Assembly (NCBI GenBank): GCA_050916045.1
Contig: CP051526.1
Location: forward strand, 3,680,001 to 3,744,000
DNA: 64,000 nucleotides
Source: Tepidisphaera sp.
GTDB taxonomy: Bacteria; Planctomycetota; Phycisphaerae; Phycisphaerales; UBA1924
Reading direction: 5' to 3'
In this document: piece by piece, positions 30,569 through 40,694 of the stretch
How positions within the stretch are numbered: the stretch's first letter is position 1
Layout: every line of letters starts with the position of its first letter
The notes under the pieces: generated by a model
Databases searched by the model: none
The model's input: only the letters and a program-made list of their open reading frames with translations
Told to the model about the DNA's origin: nothing
Made by a program: the position numbers and the translations under genes

Positions 30569-32080
30569 ATGTTCCAGTCGATCACCGTGGCTTCCGCTCC
30601 CTCCGCCAAGACCAAACCCCAGGTGCTCGCGATCGGGTACTTCAAGGGCGAGGGACTGGACGCCAAAGCCGCGAAGAAAGACGCGGGCGGGACGCTCGCC
30701 GCGGCACTGAAGCGTTCGGAAGCCACCGGCGATGTCGGCTCGATCGTCGAAGCGTTCCCCGGCGGTGAATACGAACGCGTCTTCCTCGTCGGCCTGGGCG
30801 ACAAAGCCAAGTTCGAAGCCGCTTCGTTCCGGTCCGTCGCCGCGGCGATCGGCCGCAAGATGGTCGCGGTGAAAGCGACCGCTTTCCACGCGGATTTCGC
30901 CTCCGCCATCGCGGCCAACAAGCTCAACGGGAAAGCCTGCGGGCAGGCTTTCGGCGAGGGGCTCGGCCTGCTCGGCTGGGTCTGCGACCAGTTCAAAGGC
31001 ACCGGCAGCAAAGCGGAAGATCGCGACCGCAAGCCGCTCTCCGCGACGGTCGAGGGCGCGACGTTCCTCTCCGGCGTTGAGCACGGCTTGGCCATTGCCG
31101 TCTCGACCAACCTCTGCCGCACGCTGAGCCAGACGCCGCCGAACGTCGCGACCACGGGCTTCATCGCAGAGCAGGCGAAGAAAGTCGCGAAGGATGGCGG
31201 CCTTGCGATCAAGATCTGGGAGGGCGACGCTCTCGAGAAGGAACGCTTCACCGGCCTGATCAACGTCGGCAAAGCCAGCGAGAACAAGCCCTGCCTCATC
31301 CGCCTCGAGTACAACCCCTTCGGCAAGAACGCGCCGGCAGGCAAGAAGGGACAGCCCGTCGTCCTCGTCGGCAAGACGATGACCTACGACACCGGCGGCC
31401 TCTCGCTCAAGATCAACAACGGCATGGTGGGCATGAAGCGTGACAAGGACGGCGGGTGCGCGGTCCTGGGCGCGATGCACGCCATCGCGACGGTCATCAA
31501 GCCCAAGCGGCGCGTCGTCGCTTTCCTCGCCGTCGCCGAGAACTCGATCTCCGACGAAGCCTACCGCCCCGATGACGTCATCACCTACCGCAACGGCGTG
31601 ACGGTCGAGGTCACGAACACCGACGCCGAGGGCCGACTCGTGCTTGCGGATGCGCTCTGCTGGGCGTGCGAAAAGGAAGACCCGGCGTGCATCGTCGACC
31701 TCGCGACGCTCACCGGCGGCGTCGTGGTCGCGCTGGGCTCCACCTACTGCGGCATGTTCTGCGAGGATGACGGCCTGCGCGGCAAGATCGAAGCCGCCAG
31801 CGCCGCCAGCGGCGAGCGCGTCTGGCGCCTCCCGATGCACAGCGAATACCGCGACATGATGAAGAGCCCGATCGCGGACATCCTCAACAGCAACCCCAAT
31901 CGCAAAGCTCACCCGATCCAGGGCGCGGCTTTCCTCTCGTACTTCGTGAAGGACGAGATCCCGTGGTGCCACCTCGACATCGCGGGCGTGCACGTCGCGG
32001 AGTCGAACAAGGGCATGTTCGTCGAGGGTCCCACTGGCTGGGGCGTGCGACTCCTCGCGGAGTTCGTCGACTCCTTCTGA
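30569..32080 (+). CDS. pepA: Leucyl aminopeptidase (M17)
   Basis: Motifs VGKTMTYDTGGLSLK, NTDAEGRLVLAD, DLATLTG, HLDIAG. Confidence 0.93.
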   Translation: MFQSITVASAPSAKTKPQVLAIGYFKGEGLDAKAAKKDAGGTLAAALKRSEATGDVGSIVEAFPGGEYERVFLVGLGDKAKFEAASFRSVAAAIGRKMVAVKATAFHADFASAIAANKLNGKACGQAFGEGLGLLGWVCDQFKGTGSKAEDRDRKPLSATVEGATFLSGVEHGLAIAVSTNLCRTLSQTPPNVATTGFIAEQAKKVAKDGGLAIKIWEGDALEKERFTGLINVGKASENKPCLIRLEYNPFGKNAPAGKKGQPVVLVGKTMTYDTGGLSLKINNGMVGMKRDKDGGCAVLGAMHAIATVIKPKRRVVAFLAVAENSISDEAYRPDDVITYRNGVTVEVTNTDAEGRLVLADALCWACEKEDPACIVDLATLTGGVVVALGSTYCGMFCEDDGLRGKIEAASAASGERVWRLPMHSEYRDMMKSPIADILNSNPNRKAHPIQGAAFLSYFVKDEIPWCHLDIAGVHVAESNKGMFVEGPTGWGVRLLAEFVDSF

Positions 32081-32108
32081 TCGCCGAGCGAAGGCTCTTG
32101 CGGAACCG

Positions 32109-33344
32109 TCATTTCCGATCTGGTCCGAGTTCCACGCGTGCGACGACCGCGTCGGCGGCTGTGGCCGGAGCCCCGTTGTTCCACACGACCGGCTGCGGCC
32201 CTCGGGCGCTTGGTTCCACGATGATCCACACCGTGGCCCGCGGCGTGCTCTGGGTGCTGACCCGGAGTATCTGGTCGAGGGGAGAGCTTGAAGTCCAGGT
32301 GGACTTGGCCGGCGGCTGGCTTCGGGTCGCTAGGTCGACCGGAATCTCGGTCTGGCTTGCCGGCAGAAGCACGGTGCCGCTCGCGTCGACGATATCGCTC
32401 ACGACGAGGAAACAGCTCCCGCCTGTGAAGCAGCCGCCGAGCCCCCACGCGCCATCGGCGACGATGTGCCACTCGGCAATCGCGGGTTGACCAGACGCGG
32501 GAGCGAGCGACTGCGTCCGCGCAACCTCAGCAGGGCTGAGCCACTTCACCTCCAGAAACCGCTCCAGGACGGCCCGCTTGGTCTCCACCGAAAGCGTGCC
32601 CGCGGCGAACTCCGCGACGATCCACTTGGCTTCATCGCCCCACGCGTGCAGTTGGAGAGCCTCCCGCGTCAAAAGCCCCCGCACGAGCGTCTCCCGCTGG
32701 TCATCGGTCAGCGTCCGCTTGCGAAGCTCGGCCCACTCGTCCATGCGAAACCCGCGGACGCTCGTCACGTGCTTGATCAACGAGCCGGTCGGCATGATCT
32801 TCATGAGCGGCCCGCTCAGAGACTGGAAACCGACGATGAACGGGAGGGTGAGGGAGGCAAGAAGCGGCAGGAGCAGGAGGCACGCGAACGCGACGCCCAA
32901 TCGGGACCAGCGTTTGTCTCCCACCACGGTCCCGCCCGGCTTGCTCCACTGCGAGCCGCATTCCGGGCAGCGTGCTTGCGAATCGGCCGGGCTTTCATCG
33001 ATCACGCCAGAAAGGTCGTACTCGCACTTGGCGCAGCGCTTGGTGCTACCCGTCCGCTTGGACATCTGGCCGAACACGCCAAAGCTGGCGAACATCATCG
33101 CCATGGGGAGAGACCCGAGCATGGCCCGAAGCACGCTCCCCGAACTGACCATGACGTTGATCGTGGTGAAGAGCGTCAACGTGACGACGCCGGCGAGAAG
33201 GGGCCTCCAGGGGCTCACGGCGAAGGTCATGAACCGCTCACGCACGCGAGGGGAGAGCCTCGGGCCCACAATCGCGACGCCGAGAAGCAGCGTCACCGGG
33301 AGCAGGAAGGCCGCCAGAATGAAGAAGACCACGGCGTACTCCAT
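32109..33344 (-). CDS. Multi-TM membrane protein with internal zinc ribbon
   Basis: Several TM helices and RCAKCEYDLSG...RCPECG. ATG 33344 has TACAAT 5 nt upstream. Confidence 0.7.
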   Translation of the reverse strand: MEYAVVFFILAAFLLPVTLLLGVAIVGPRLSPRVRERFMTFAVSPWRPLLAGVVTLTLFTTINVMVSSGSVLRAMLGSLPMAMMFASFGVFGQMSKRTGSTKRCAKCEYDLSGVIDESPADSQARCPECGSQWSKPGGTVVGDKRWSRLGVAFACLLLLPLLASLTLPFIVGFQSLSGPLMKIMPTGSLIKHVTSVRGFRMDEWAELRKRTLTDDQRETLVRGLLTREALQLHAWGDEAKWIVAEFAAGTLSVETKRAVLERFLEVKWLSPAEVARTQSLAPASGQPAIAEWHIVADGAWGLGGCFTGGSCFLVVSDIVDASGTVLLPASQTEIPVDLATRSQPPAKSTWTSSSPLDQILRVSTQSTPRATVWIIVEPSARGPQPVVWNNGAPATAADAVVARVELGPDRK

Positions 33345-33403
33345 GCCGGATTGTACTGGAACCCGCCGGTGCGGCTCCGCCAGTTGACGGTTATCCTCAC
33401 GGT

Positions 33404-34630
33404 GTGCGGATTTTGCATGTATCAACCCGGCTGATTCTCGGCGGCTCGCAGGAGAACACGGTGCTTTCCTGCGAGGGGCAGGCACGCCTGGGCCACGAGG
33501 TGCACCTCGCCTACGGGCCGATCTTCGGGCCCGAGGGGTCGATGTACGAGCGGGCTTCGACGTTTCGGACCGCGGACGGACGCGGCATCGGCATGCACGA
33601 GGTGCCCGACCTCTGCCGCGAAATCAGCCCGAGCCGCGACCGCAGATGTGTGACGCAGCTCCGCGAGCTCATCGCCAAGCTCAAGCCCGACGTTGTGCAC
33701 ACGCACTCTTCGAAAGCCGGGATCCTCGGCCGCATCGCCGCGTACTCGCACGCTCGAACACCATCGTCCCCCGCAGTGATCCACACCATCCACGGTCCAC
33801 CGTTCATGCCGATCGAGGGCGGGGCGCTGAGGCGGCTGAAGGTGCGCGCGATCAACAAGCTCTACGAGCTTTCGGAGAAGTACGCGGCTCATCGCTGCCA
33901 CCTGATCGTTTCCGTCGCCGACGCGATGACCAAGCAGTTCCTCGCCCGGGGGATCGGTCGCCCGCAGCAGTACATCACGGTTCATTCGGGCATGGAGGTG
34001 GACCGGTACCTCGAGCCGCGGCAACCCTCCGAAACTCGTGAGGCGATGCGGCGGACGCTCGGCTTGGCCGAAACGGACTTCGTCATCGGCACGGTCGCCC
34101 GGTTGGCGGAGCACAAGGGGCACGACGACATTCTGGAAGCGTGTGCGGAAGACCTGCGGGCCCATCCGTCGTGGAAGCTGCTCTGGGTGGGCGATGGCTG
34201 GTGGAAGGAGCGGCTTCTGGCCCGGGTGGAAGCACTCGGGCTCACGGGACGGGTGATCACCACGGGCCTTGTCCCGTCCGAACGGGTGGCGGCGCACATG
34301 CGGGCGATGGACGTCTTGGTACACCCGAGCTATCGGGAAGGGCTTCCTCGCACCGTGCCGCAGGCGCTGCTGGCGGGGGTGCCGGTGGTCGCGACCGACG
34401 TGGACGGGACCGGGGAAGCGTGCATCGATATGGAGACGGGCCGGCTCGTGCCCTTGGGAGACCGGCCCCGCCTGCGGGAAGCGGTCCGGTGGATGTACGA
34501 TCACCCGGATGAACGAGCCAAGCTTGCCAAGCAAGGCCGGGAGATGTGCCGAGTCCGCTTCAGCGCGGAGCACATGGTGGCCCGCTTGGAACAGGTCTAC
34601 GAACGCGGGCTTGCGCTTGCTCGCGAGTAA
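33404..34630 (+). CDS. Glycosyltransferase family 4
   Basis: Motifs GGSQEN, VHTHSSKAG, ARLAEHKG, EGLPRTVPQA, GVPVVATDVDG. Confidence 0.9.
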   Translation: MRILHVSTRLILGGSQENTVLSCEGQARLGHEVHLAYGPIFGPEGSMYERASTFRTADGRGIGMHEVPDLCREISPSRDRRCVTQLRELIAKLKPDVVHTHSSKAGILGRIAAYSHARTPSSPAVIHTIHGPPFMPIEGGALRRLKVRAINKLYELSEKYAAHRCHLIVSVADAMTKQFLARGIGRPQQYITVHSGMEVDRYLEPRQPSETREAMRRTLGLAETDFVIGTVARLAEHKGHDDILEACAEDLRAHPSWKLLWVGDGWWKERLLARVEALGLTGRVITTGLVPSERVAAHMRAMDVLVHPSYREGLPRTVPQALLAGVPVVATDVDGTGEACIDMETGRLVPLGDRPRLREAVRWMYDHPDERAKLAKQGREMCRVRFSAEHMVARLEQVYERGLALARE

Positions 34631-36668
34631 GCCCGCCGTGCTTGCGGTTCTGCTTACATCCTCGCTTACGGGTGCCGTAACGGCTCAACCGCTTCAGCTT
34701 GGCCGGCCGGGTTCTCCGCCGCCTGGATCGTGCGCGTCGATTCTGGATCGGGCGGACGCACTGGAAGCCCAAGCCAAGGACGCCCCGCCGACGGTTGCGG
34801 CGCTGCGGACCGTGGCGGCGGCGCTGCTTCGGACGAGCGAGAACGCTTCCCCGGCGCAGCCGCGATCGGTGCTTCTGGCGCTCACGCTGGCGGAGCGTCT
34901 GCCGCTTGTAGAAGCGGTGATCCCGGCGCTTGACGGGACGGCGCAGGATCTGTTCGTTCGGGATGCTCGGGCGTTGGCGGCGGCGGTGCCGGAAGACCCG
35001 ATCGCTCTGTCGCTGGCGGTGCGCGACCTCCTGGCGCCGCTGATGGTCGCCGCGGAGGATCGGTCGCCATGGCTTTGGGAATCAAGCCCGGCCGCGGCTG
35101 ATCTGAAGGCGCTGGACCCTCTGGTGTCGCAGGATCCTGGTCTTGCCGGAGCGTTGTCGGCAATCGCTCGCAGGCTTGCGCTCGCGGACGCGTCGCCGGC
35201 GTACGCCGCGCTTGCGACGGAGACGCGACGGCGGCTTGTGGATGCAGCGGCGCTGGCGCTGGCTCCGCCGCCCTGGTTTCCGGCGCAGAGCAAACCGGCG
35301 GTACTTTCTCAGTTCACGGACGCGTGCCGAAGGCTCGCCGATGAACCCCGAAGCGTCGAGCCGACGCGCCGACTGCGCCGTTTGGCGATGCTCGGCAGAC
35401 TCGCGGCGGGGCTTTCGTCTCAGAAAGGCGCGACGGCGACGCGGGCGCATCAAGCTTTTGTCAAGCTCGCGACGGAAGGACCGTCGAGCGAGCCGGGGGC
35501 TCGCGACGCGGAGATCAGCCGGCTTGAGGCTCTGGTCCGTGCGGCGGAGCTTCTGCCCCGGCGGGACCTGCTTCGCGATGAGAAGAAGGTGGTCCGCCAG
35601 TTCCGGCCCGCCCTCCGCACGATGCTTGATCTGGCGAGGCTGAGCGAAGCCGATCTGCTCGAGGTCCTGCCCGAAGCTCTTCTGGCACAGACCGCCGAGG
35701 AATCCGTCAACTCGCCCAAGTTCATCGCCGCGGTCGCGGCCCATTCCCGCCGTCTGGAGGACGTCGCGGCCATCGTCGCCGCGAGCGAAGCGATCCTCGC
35801 AGCGCAGGGACCGCCCACCCCGCCCACGCCCGCGAACGCCGAGCCCGCCGCCCGTGAAGAGTTCACCCTCCTCGCCAACCGCCTGCTCGCGTTCGCCAAG
35901 GTCGCGTACGAGCTTGGCCAGAAGAATGAGCCCGCCACCCGCGACGCTCTGAACGCGGCACTCGCGAGGGTGCGAGCGCTCGCGGACGACACGAGGGACC
36001 TGGTGCTCATGCCCGGCGAAGCCGAGCTCCGCGCCCGGACGGACGAAGCTTCAAGATCGCTGATCAAGACGATCGACGACGACCGGACCGCGTGGCTCAA
36101 GGGCTGGGGGTCGCCCGACAAGCATCCCATCGAGATCGGTGAGCGGCTCCGCAGGCTCCACCGGGCGATGCTGCTGACGGGCGACGCGCAAGCGATCGTG
36201 CTGGCTCTCGCGGGAAGTGACGACCCGTCCGGGAACGCTTGGCCGGGGTGGGAGATGAGTTCGCAGACGCTCCGCACGCTGGCCGAAGGGCTTGAGGAGC
36301 AGTCGCGGGACCTCGCGGCACAAGCAACCGCCGCCGACGGAGATGCGCGGATCCGCGTGTTCGTGGATCGATACGCGCCGGTCCTGCTCGCTGGGCGCAT
36401 CTCGAGACTCACAGCCCAGGCGTCCAAGCTTGCGTTCGCGGCCGAACTGACCGCCGGGGTGTCCCCTCCCGCCGCCCCATTCGCCGATCGGCTCACAGAT
36501 CTCGCACGGGTCTGTCGCGAAAGCCACGAGCTCGCAGCCCGCGTGCGCGACGGAAAGCCCGGCACGGATTCGCTTCGAGCCTCGGTCACCAAGCGTGCTC
36601 GCGAGTGCTTGGATGAAGCCCCGCTTCCGGCGACCGCGCCTACGCCCGACGTGCCGCCATCGCGGTAA
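34611..36668 (+). CDS. Exported alpha-helical hypothetical protein
   Basis: Long Ala/Leu-rich ORF. Signal-like MRLLASKPAVLAVLLTSSLTGAVTA starts at TTG 34611, overlapping the GT4 stop. Start is uncertain. Confidence 0.6.
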   Translation: MRLLASKPAVLAVLLTSSLTGAVTAQPLQLGRPGSPPPGSCASILDRADALEAQAKDAPPTVAALRTVAAALLRTSENASPAQPRSVLLALTLAERLPLVEAVIPALDGTAQDLFVRDARALAAAVPEDPIALSLAVRDLLAPLMVAAEDRSPWLWESSPAAADLKALDPLVSQDPGLAGALSAIARRLALADASPAYAALATETRRRLVDAAALALAPPPWFPAQSKPAVLSQFTDACRRLADEPRSVEPTRRLRRLAMLGRLAAGLSSQKGATATRAHQAFVKLATEGPSSEPGARDAEISRLEALVRAAELLPRRDLLRDEKKVVRQFRPALRTMLDLARLSEADLLEVLPEALLAQTAEESVNSPKFIAAVAAHSRRLEDVAAIVAASEAILAAQGPPTPPTPANAEPAAREEFTLLANRLLAFAKVAYELGQKNEPATRDALNAALARVRALADDTRDLVLMPGEAELRARTDEASRSLIKTIDDDRTAWLKGWGSPDKHPIEIGERLRRLHRAMLLTGDAQAIVLALAGSDDPSGNAWPGWEMSSQTLRTLAEGLEEQSRDLAAQATAADGDARIRVFVDRYAPVLLAGRISRLTAQASKLAFAAELTAGVSPPAAPFADRLTDLARVCRESHELAARVRDGKPGTDSLRASVTKRARECLDEAPLPATAPTPDVPPSR

Positions 36669-38772
36669 GCTCGCGCTGCACCCGCACGAGGACCTCGCCC
36701 CAGTCACCGGGCGCACGCTGCTTGAAAAGCCGGGCCGTCGGATACCACGGCGAATCTTCGCGACCGTCAAGCCATCGCCACTCGGGCACAAATCGGTTCA
36801 GGATCCACACCGGCTTGCCGAGCGCCCCGGCAAGGTGCGCCGCCGACGTGTCCACCGAGATCACAAGGTCAAGCCCCGACATCACCGCCGCCGTGTCGCC
36901 GAACGTCGCGCACCGCGACCCGAGGTCGTGCATTCTCCAGCCCGCTTCGGCAAGCCCCGGAAGGTCCAAAGCACCTTTCCCCTTCTGCAAACTGAACCAG
37001 GTCACCCCCGGCGTCGTCGCCAGCGGCAGCAGCGTCGGCCCGGAGATCGACCGCCCCCGATCGTCGTGATACTCCGGGTTCCCCGCCCACACCAGTCCGA
37101 CGCGAAGCCCGCGGCCGCTCCCGTGTGCGGCTTCCAAACGATCGATCTCACGCTTCCACAGCGCCGCCGACACCATGTCCGCCGCGAGGTACGGCACGCC
37201 GGCGCCAACGGTCGAAAGGTCAAAGCCGAGATCGTGCGGCGCGCTCAGCATCGGCAGCCACGCATCGGCCCGCGGCAGCGGCTGTCCCACCGCGACGACC
37301 TGGTCCACGCCCGGCGCGGTCGACAGAATGTCCGCCAATTCCGGCCTGACGTAAAGCACCACCCGCCCGCACCGCCGCCGCAGCTCCGCCGCGAACCGCA
37401 CGAACTGAATCGCGTCGCCCAGGCCCTGCTCACCCGCGAGGATGACCGTGTCCGTGGGCTTGGCGAGAGCTCGCGACCAGCGGGGCACGTTGAACTGCCG
37501 CGCGAGGTTGCGGTAGGCTTCGAAATGGTGTCGGTGCTCGTAATGGGCCCAGCCGCGCTCAAACTGCCCAAGGCGAAGGAGCATGGTGCCAAGCCGCACG
37601 CTGTTGAGCGGGGTTTCCGGGGCGAGTGCCGCGGCGAGCTCATAGTCCGTCAGCGCCTGGGCGAAACGCCCCTCGCGCTCGTGCGCATGCCCGGTCAGCG
37701 CCGACACGAGCCCGATGGTGGCGGGGTCTTTGGGATCGATCTCAAGCGCCCGACGCGCCGCTTCCAGCGCCCGGTCGTCCGAGTTCATCGTGAGCAGGGC
37801 GATCGCGAGGTTTCGAAGCGGTGTCGGATCGTGCGGCGCAAGCTCCGCGGCCTGCCGCAGGGCTTCCAAGCTCTCCGAGTGCCTACCAAGTTCAGAAAAC
37901 GCCACGCCCATGTTCGCGTACGCGGGCGAGAACCCCGGCAGAATCGCCACCGCACGCTGAAAGGCCGCGATCGCTTCTTCGCGGCGCTGGTCGCCGAGCA
38001 ATGCCACGCCAAGCGCTGTCCACGCGGCGTGGTCGGTGGGGCGAAGCTCGGTCGCCCGCATCGCCGACTCGATCGCGCGGGCACCCTCGCCGATCCGCCC
38101 CAGCACATCGGCCAGCCCCAGATGAGCTTCGCACATCGCCGGCGCGATCGCGAGCGCACGCTCGAACGCGAACCTCGCCTCATCAAAGCGGCCGGCACCC
38201 GCCAGCGCCGACCCCAGCGCCGCGTGGGCGGCGGCAAGGTCCGGCGATGCCGCCGCCGCGTCCCGCGCAGCCCGAACCGCTTCGTCGTGCTGGCCCAGCC
38301 GCGTCAGCGCCGAAGCGAGGTTGCAAAGCACCCCCGCGCGATCGCTCCCTCCGGCTGATCTCACCGCAAGCGACGCCCGGAACCACTCCGCGGCTTCCTC
38401 GTCCCGGCCGAGCTGAAGCAGCACAATACCGAGATTGTTGCGGACCTCCGCGGAGGGGTCGCCCAGCGAGATCGCGTGCTCGTACGCCGCGATCGCGTCG
38501 GCCGTCCGGCCCGAGTCGCGCAAAGCGTTGGCGAGATTCGCGTGGTAATGCGGCACCCGGGGCGCCCGGCCGATCGCCCGCTGCATCAGGTCGACCGCTT
38601 CGGCCAGCCGGCCGCTCGCGTGCGCGATCATGCCCAGCAGATGGGTCGCGTCGGGATTCCCGGGTTCAACGGCGAGCACCTGCCGGTAGATCGCTTCCGC
38701 CCGCGACAAATCACCCGCCCGGTGATGCCGGACGGCCTGTTGCAACGCTTGATCCACCAGCGCTCGGCCCAT
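36640..38772 (-). CDS. TPR-repeat protein with C-terminal glycosyltransferase (GT9-like) domain
   Basis: About 10 TPRs, then EQGLGDAIQFVRF, VGLVWAGNP, DLVISVDTSAAHLAGALG, WRW...SPWYP. Confidence 0.88.
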   Translation of the reverse strand: MGRALVDQALQQAVRHHRAGDLSRAEAIYRQVLAVEPGNPDATHLLGMIAHASGRLAEAVDLMQRAIGRAPRVPHYHANLANALRDSGRTADAIAAYEHAISLGDPSAEVRNNLGIVLLQLGRDEEAAEWFRASLAVRSAGGSDRAGVLCNLASALTRLGQHDEAVRAARDAAAASPDLAAAHAALGSALAGAGRFDEARFAFERALAIAPAMCEAHLGLADVLGRIGEGARAIESAMRATELRPTDHAAWTALGVALLGDQRREEAIAAFQRAVAILPGFSPAYANMGVAFSELGRHSESLEALRQAAELAPHDPTPLRNLAIALLTMNSDDRALEAARRALEIDPKDPATIGLVSALTGHAHEREGRFAQALTDYELAAALAPETPLNSVRLGTMLLRLGQFERGWAHYEHRHHFEAYRNLARQFNVPRWSRALAKPTDTVILAGEQGLGDAIQFVRFAAELRRRCGRVVLYVRPELADILSTAPGVDQVVAVGQPLPRADAWLPMLSAPHDLGFDLSTVGAGVPYLAADMVSAALWKREIDRLEAAHGSGRGLRVGLVWAGNPEYHDDRGRSISGPTLLPLATTPGVTWFSLQKGKGALDLPGLAEAGWRMHDLGSRCATFGDTAAVMSGLDLVISVDTSAAHLAGALGKPVWILNRFVPEWRWLDGREDSPWYPTARLFKQRAPGDWGEVLVRVQRELTAMAARRA

Positions 38773-38909
38773 TGGGGAGGAGGGTAGCGTCGGCGACGGG
38801 TGCGGCCCCCGGGCAACCGGCACCGCGCATCCCGGTAGACTGGCCCGAAAGCCGCTCGGTGACAGTCGGTCGGAGCGTCGCCCCGGCACACTTTACGGAG
38901 AACCCTCCC

Positions 38910-40679
38910 ATGTTGACGCTTGCCGCGCTGCTCGCTTGCCCGTTCGCCGTTCTCGCCACGCTTCCCCAGGCCAGCGCCGAGCCGGACCCGGCCGCGGCTT
39001 GGGTCAAGGCGAATGCGCTCGCCTTCAAGACTCCGGAAGCGGGCAACGGATTCGACGACCTCAAGGGGCTCGATGCCATCATCGGCGACGCACGCATCGT
39101 CTCCCTCGGCGAGCCCACGCACGGCACCCGCGAAGCCTTCCAGTTCAAGCACCGGCTGCTCGAGTACCTCGTCGAGAACAAGGGCTTCTCCATCTTCTCG
39201 ATCGAAGCCAACATGCCCGAGTCCTACGCCCTCAACGACTACGTCATCCACGGGAAGGGCGACCCAAGGAAGCTCATCGCCGGCATGTACTTCTGGACCT
39301 GGCGCACCGAAGAGGTCCTCGCCATGGTCGAATGGATGCGAGCCTGGAACGAGAAGAACCCGCCGAGCACCGGCAAGCCGCGCCTCGAGTTCACCGGCTT
39401 TGACATGCAGACCCCCGACGTCGCGTGGAGCATCGCCGACGCCTTCATCGCCAAGCACGCGCCGGACCTCGTGCAGGCGAGCGCTCCGCTCCTCGCGCGC
39501 GTGCGAGCCGCCGCCGCCCGCGCTGGCCAGGCCGGCGAAAGCGCCGGCTGGACCTCCGCCACGGGCTCCTTCCCCGTCGAGACCGCACGCGGAAAGAAGC
39601 TCCGATTCTCCTGCTGGATCCGCACCGAAGGCGTCACCGGCTGGGCAGGGGCATGGTGGCGGTGCGACACCCCCGCCGGGGTCAACGGCTTCGACAACAT
39701 GCAGGCCCAGAACATCAAGGGCGACACCGACTGGAAGCGGTACGAGTTCACCATCGACGTCCCGGCCGACGCTCAAGCGACGTCCTTCGGGTTCATCCTC
39801 AACGGCCCCGGCTCCGCCTGGTTCGACGACATCGAGATCGAGCTCGACGGCGTGAAGTACGAGGATCCCGAAGCCTTCACCTTCGACTTTGAGAACGACG
39901 CCGTCCGCTACCTCCGGGGAGGCTCCGCCGAGTACACGATCGCCCGCAGCAAGACCAAGCCGCGCGGCGGCACCACCTGCCTTGAAATCAAGCGCCGACC
40001 CGAGACCGAGATCCCCAAAGTCTCCCCCGCCGAGGTGCAATCCGAAGCCGAGAAACTCCTCTCGGACCTCCTCGCTCGCCGCGATGAACTGGCGAAGAAG
40101 ACCTCGGAACGGGAAACCGATTGGGCGATCCAGAACGCCCGCATCGTGGCCCAGACCGTCGCGATGTACGCATCCGCCAACGGCTTCAACGCTCGCGATG
40201 AATCGATGGCCGCCAACGTCCGCTGGATCCTCGATCAGAACCCCGGGCGGAAGATCGTCCTCTGGGCTCACAACGGCCACGTCAGCAAGTCCGGTTACAT
40301 GGCCATGAAGTCGATGGGAGCCAACCTCCGCGAGACGCACGCCCAGGACATGGTCGTCTTCGGCTTCGCCACCGGCGCCGGAACCTACACCGCCGCCGAG
40401 AGCATGGCCGGGAGCCTCCGGAGCGACCACAAGCTCGTCGAGCCGCCCGCCGACAGCATCGAGCGTGTCCTCATCGACTCCGGATTGCCCATGGCGATCG
40501 TCAACCTCTCCCGCGCGGACCGCAACGATCCCGCCACCGCGTGGGCGGCCACCAACCGGCCAATGCGAAGCATCGGCGCCCTCGCGATGGACCAGCAGTT
40601 CTACCCGTGCATCGCCGCGGACATGTATGACGTCCTGGTCTGGCAGCGGGATACCACCGCATCCCGCACGCTCAAATGA
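38910..40679 (+). CDS. Erythromycin-esterase-family hydrolase with signal peptide and inserted CBM-like domain
   Basis: LGEPTHGTRE, IEAN, FWTWRTEE, GFDMQ, ARDESMAAN, LWAHNGH; insert RGKKLRFSCWIRTE...DTDWKRYEFTIDVP...AWFDDI. Confidence 0.85.
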   Translation: MLTLAALLACPFAVLATLPQASAEPDPAAAWVKANALAFKTPEAGNGFDDLKGLDAIIGDARIVSLGEPTHGTREAFQFKHRLLEYLVENKGFSIFSIEANMPESYALNDYVIHGKGDPRKLIAGMYFWTWRTEEVLAMVEWMRAWNEKNPPSTGKPRLEFTGFDMQTPDVAWSIADAFIAKHAPDLVQASAPLLARVRAAAARAGQAGESAGWTSATGSFPVETARGKKLRFSCWIRTEGVTGWAGAWWRCDTPAGVNGFDNMQAQNIKGDTDWKRYEFTIDVPADAQATSFGFILNGPGSAWFDDIEIELDGVKYEDPEAFTFDFENDAVRYLRGGSAEYTIARSKTKPRGGTTCLEIKRRPETEIPKVSPAEVQSEAEKLLSDLLARRDELAKKTSERETDWAIQNARIVAQTVAMYASANGFNARDESMAANVRWILDQNPGRKIVLWAHNGHVSKSGYMAMKSMGANLRETHAQDMVVFGFATGAGTYTAAESMAGSLRSDHKLVEPPADSIERVLIDSGLPMAIVNLSRADRNDPATAWAATNRPMRSIGALAMDQQFYPCIAADMYDVLVWQRDTTASRTLK

Positions 40680-40694
40680 TGCTCCAGGTCGAGT

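Noticed and set aside
37821..38909. N-terminal 363 aa of the 952-aa ORF
   Set aside because: It overlaps the antisense TPR gene; the real start is ATG 38910, with a GGAG site and a signal peptide.
38910..40679. Macrolide resistance gene (ere)
   Set aside because: Family membership alone does not imply resistance; the signal peptide and inserted domain differ from EreA/EreB and there is no mobile context.
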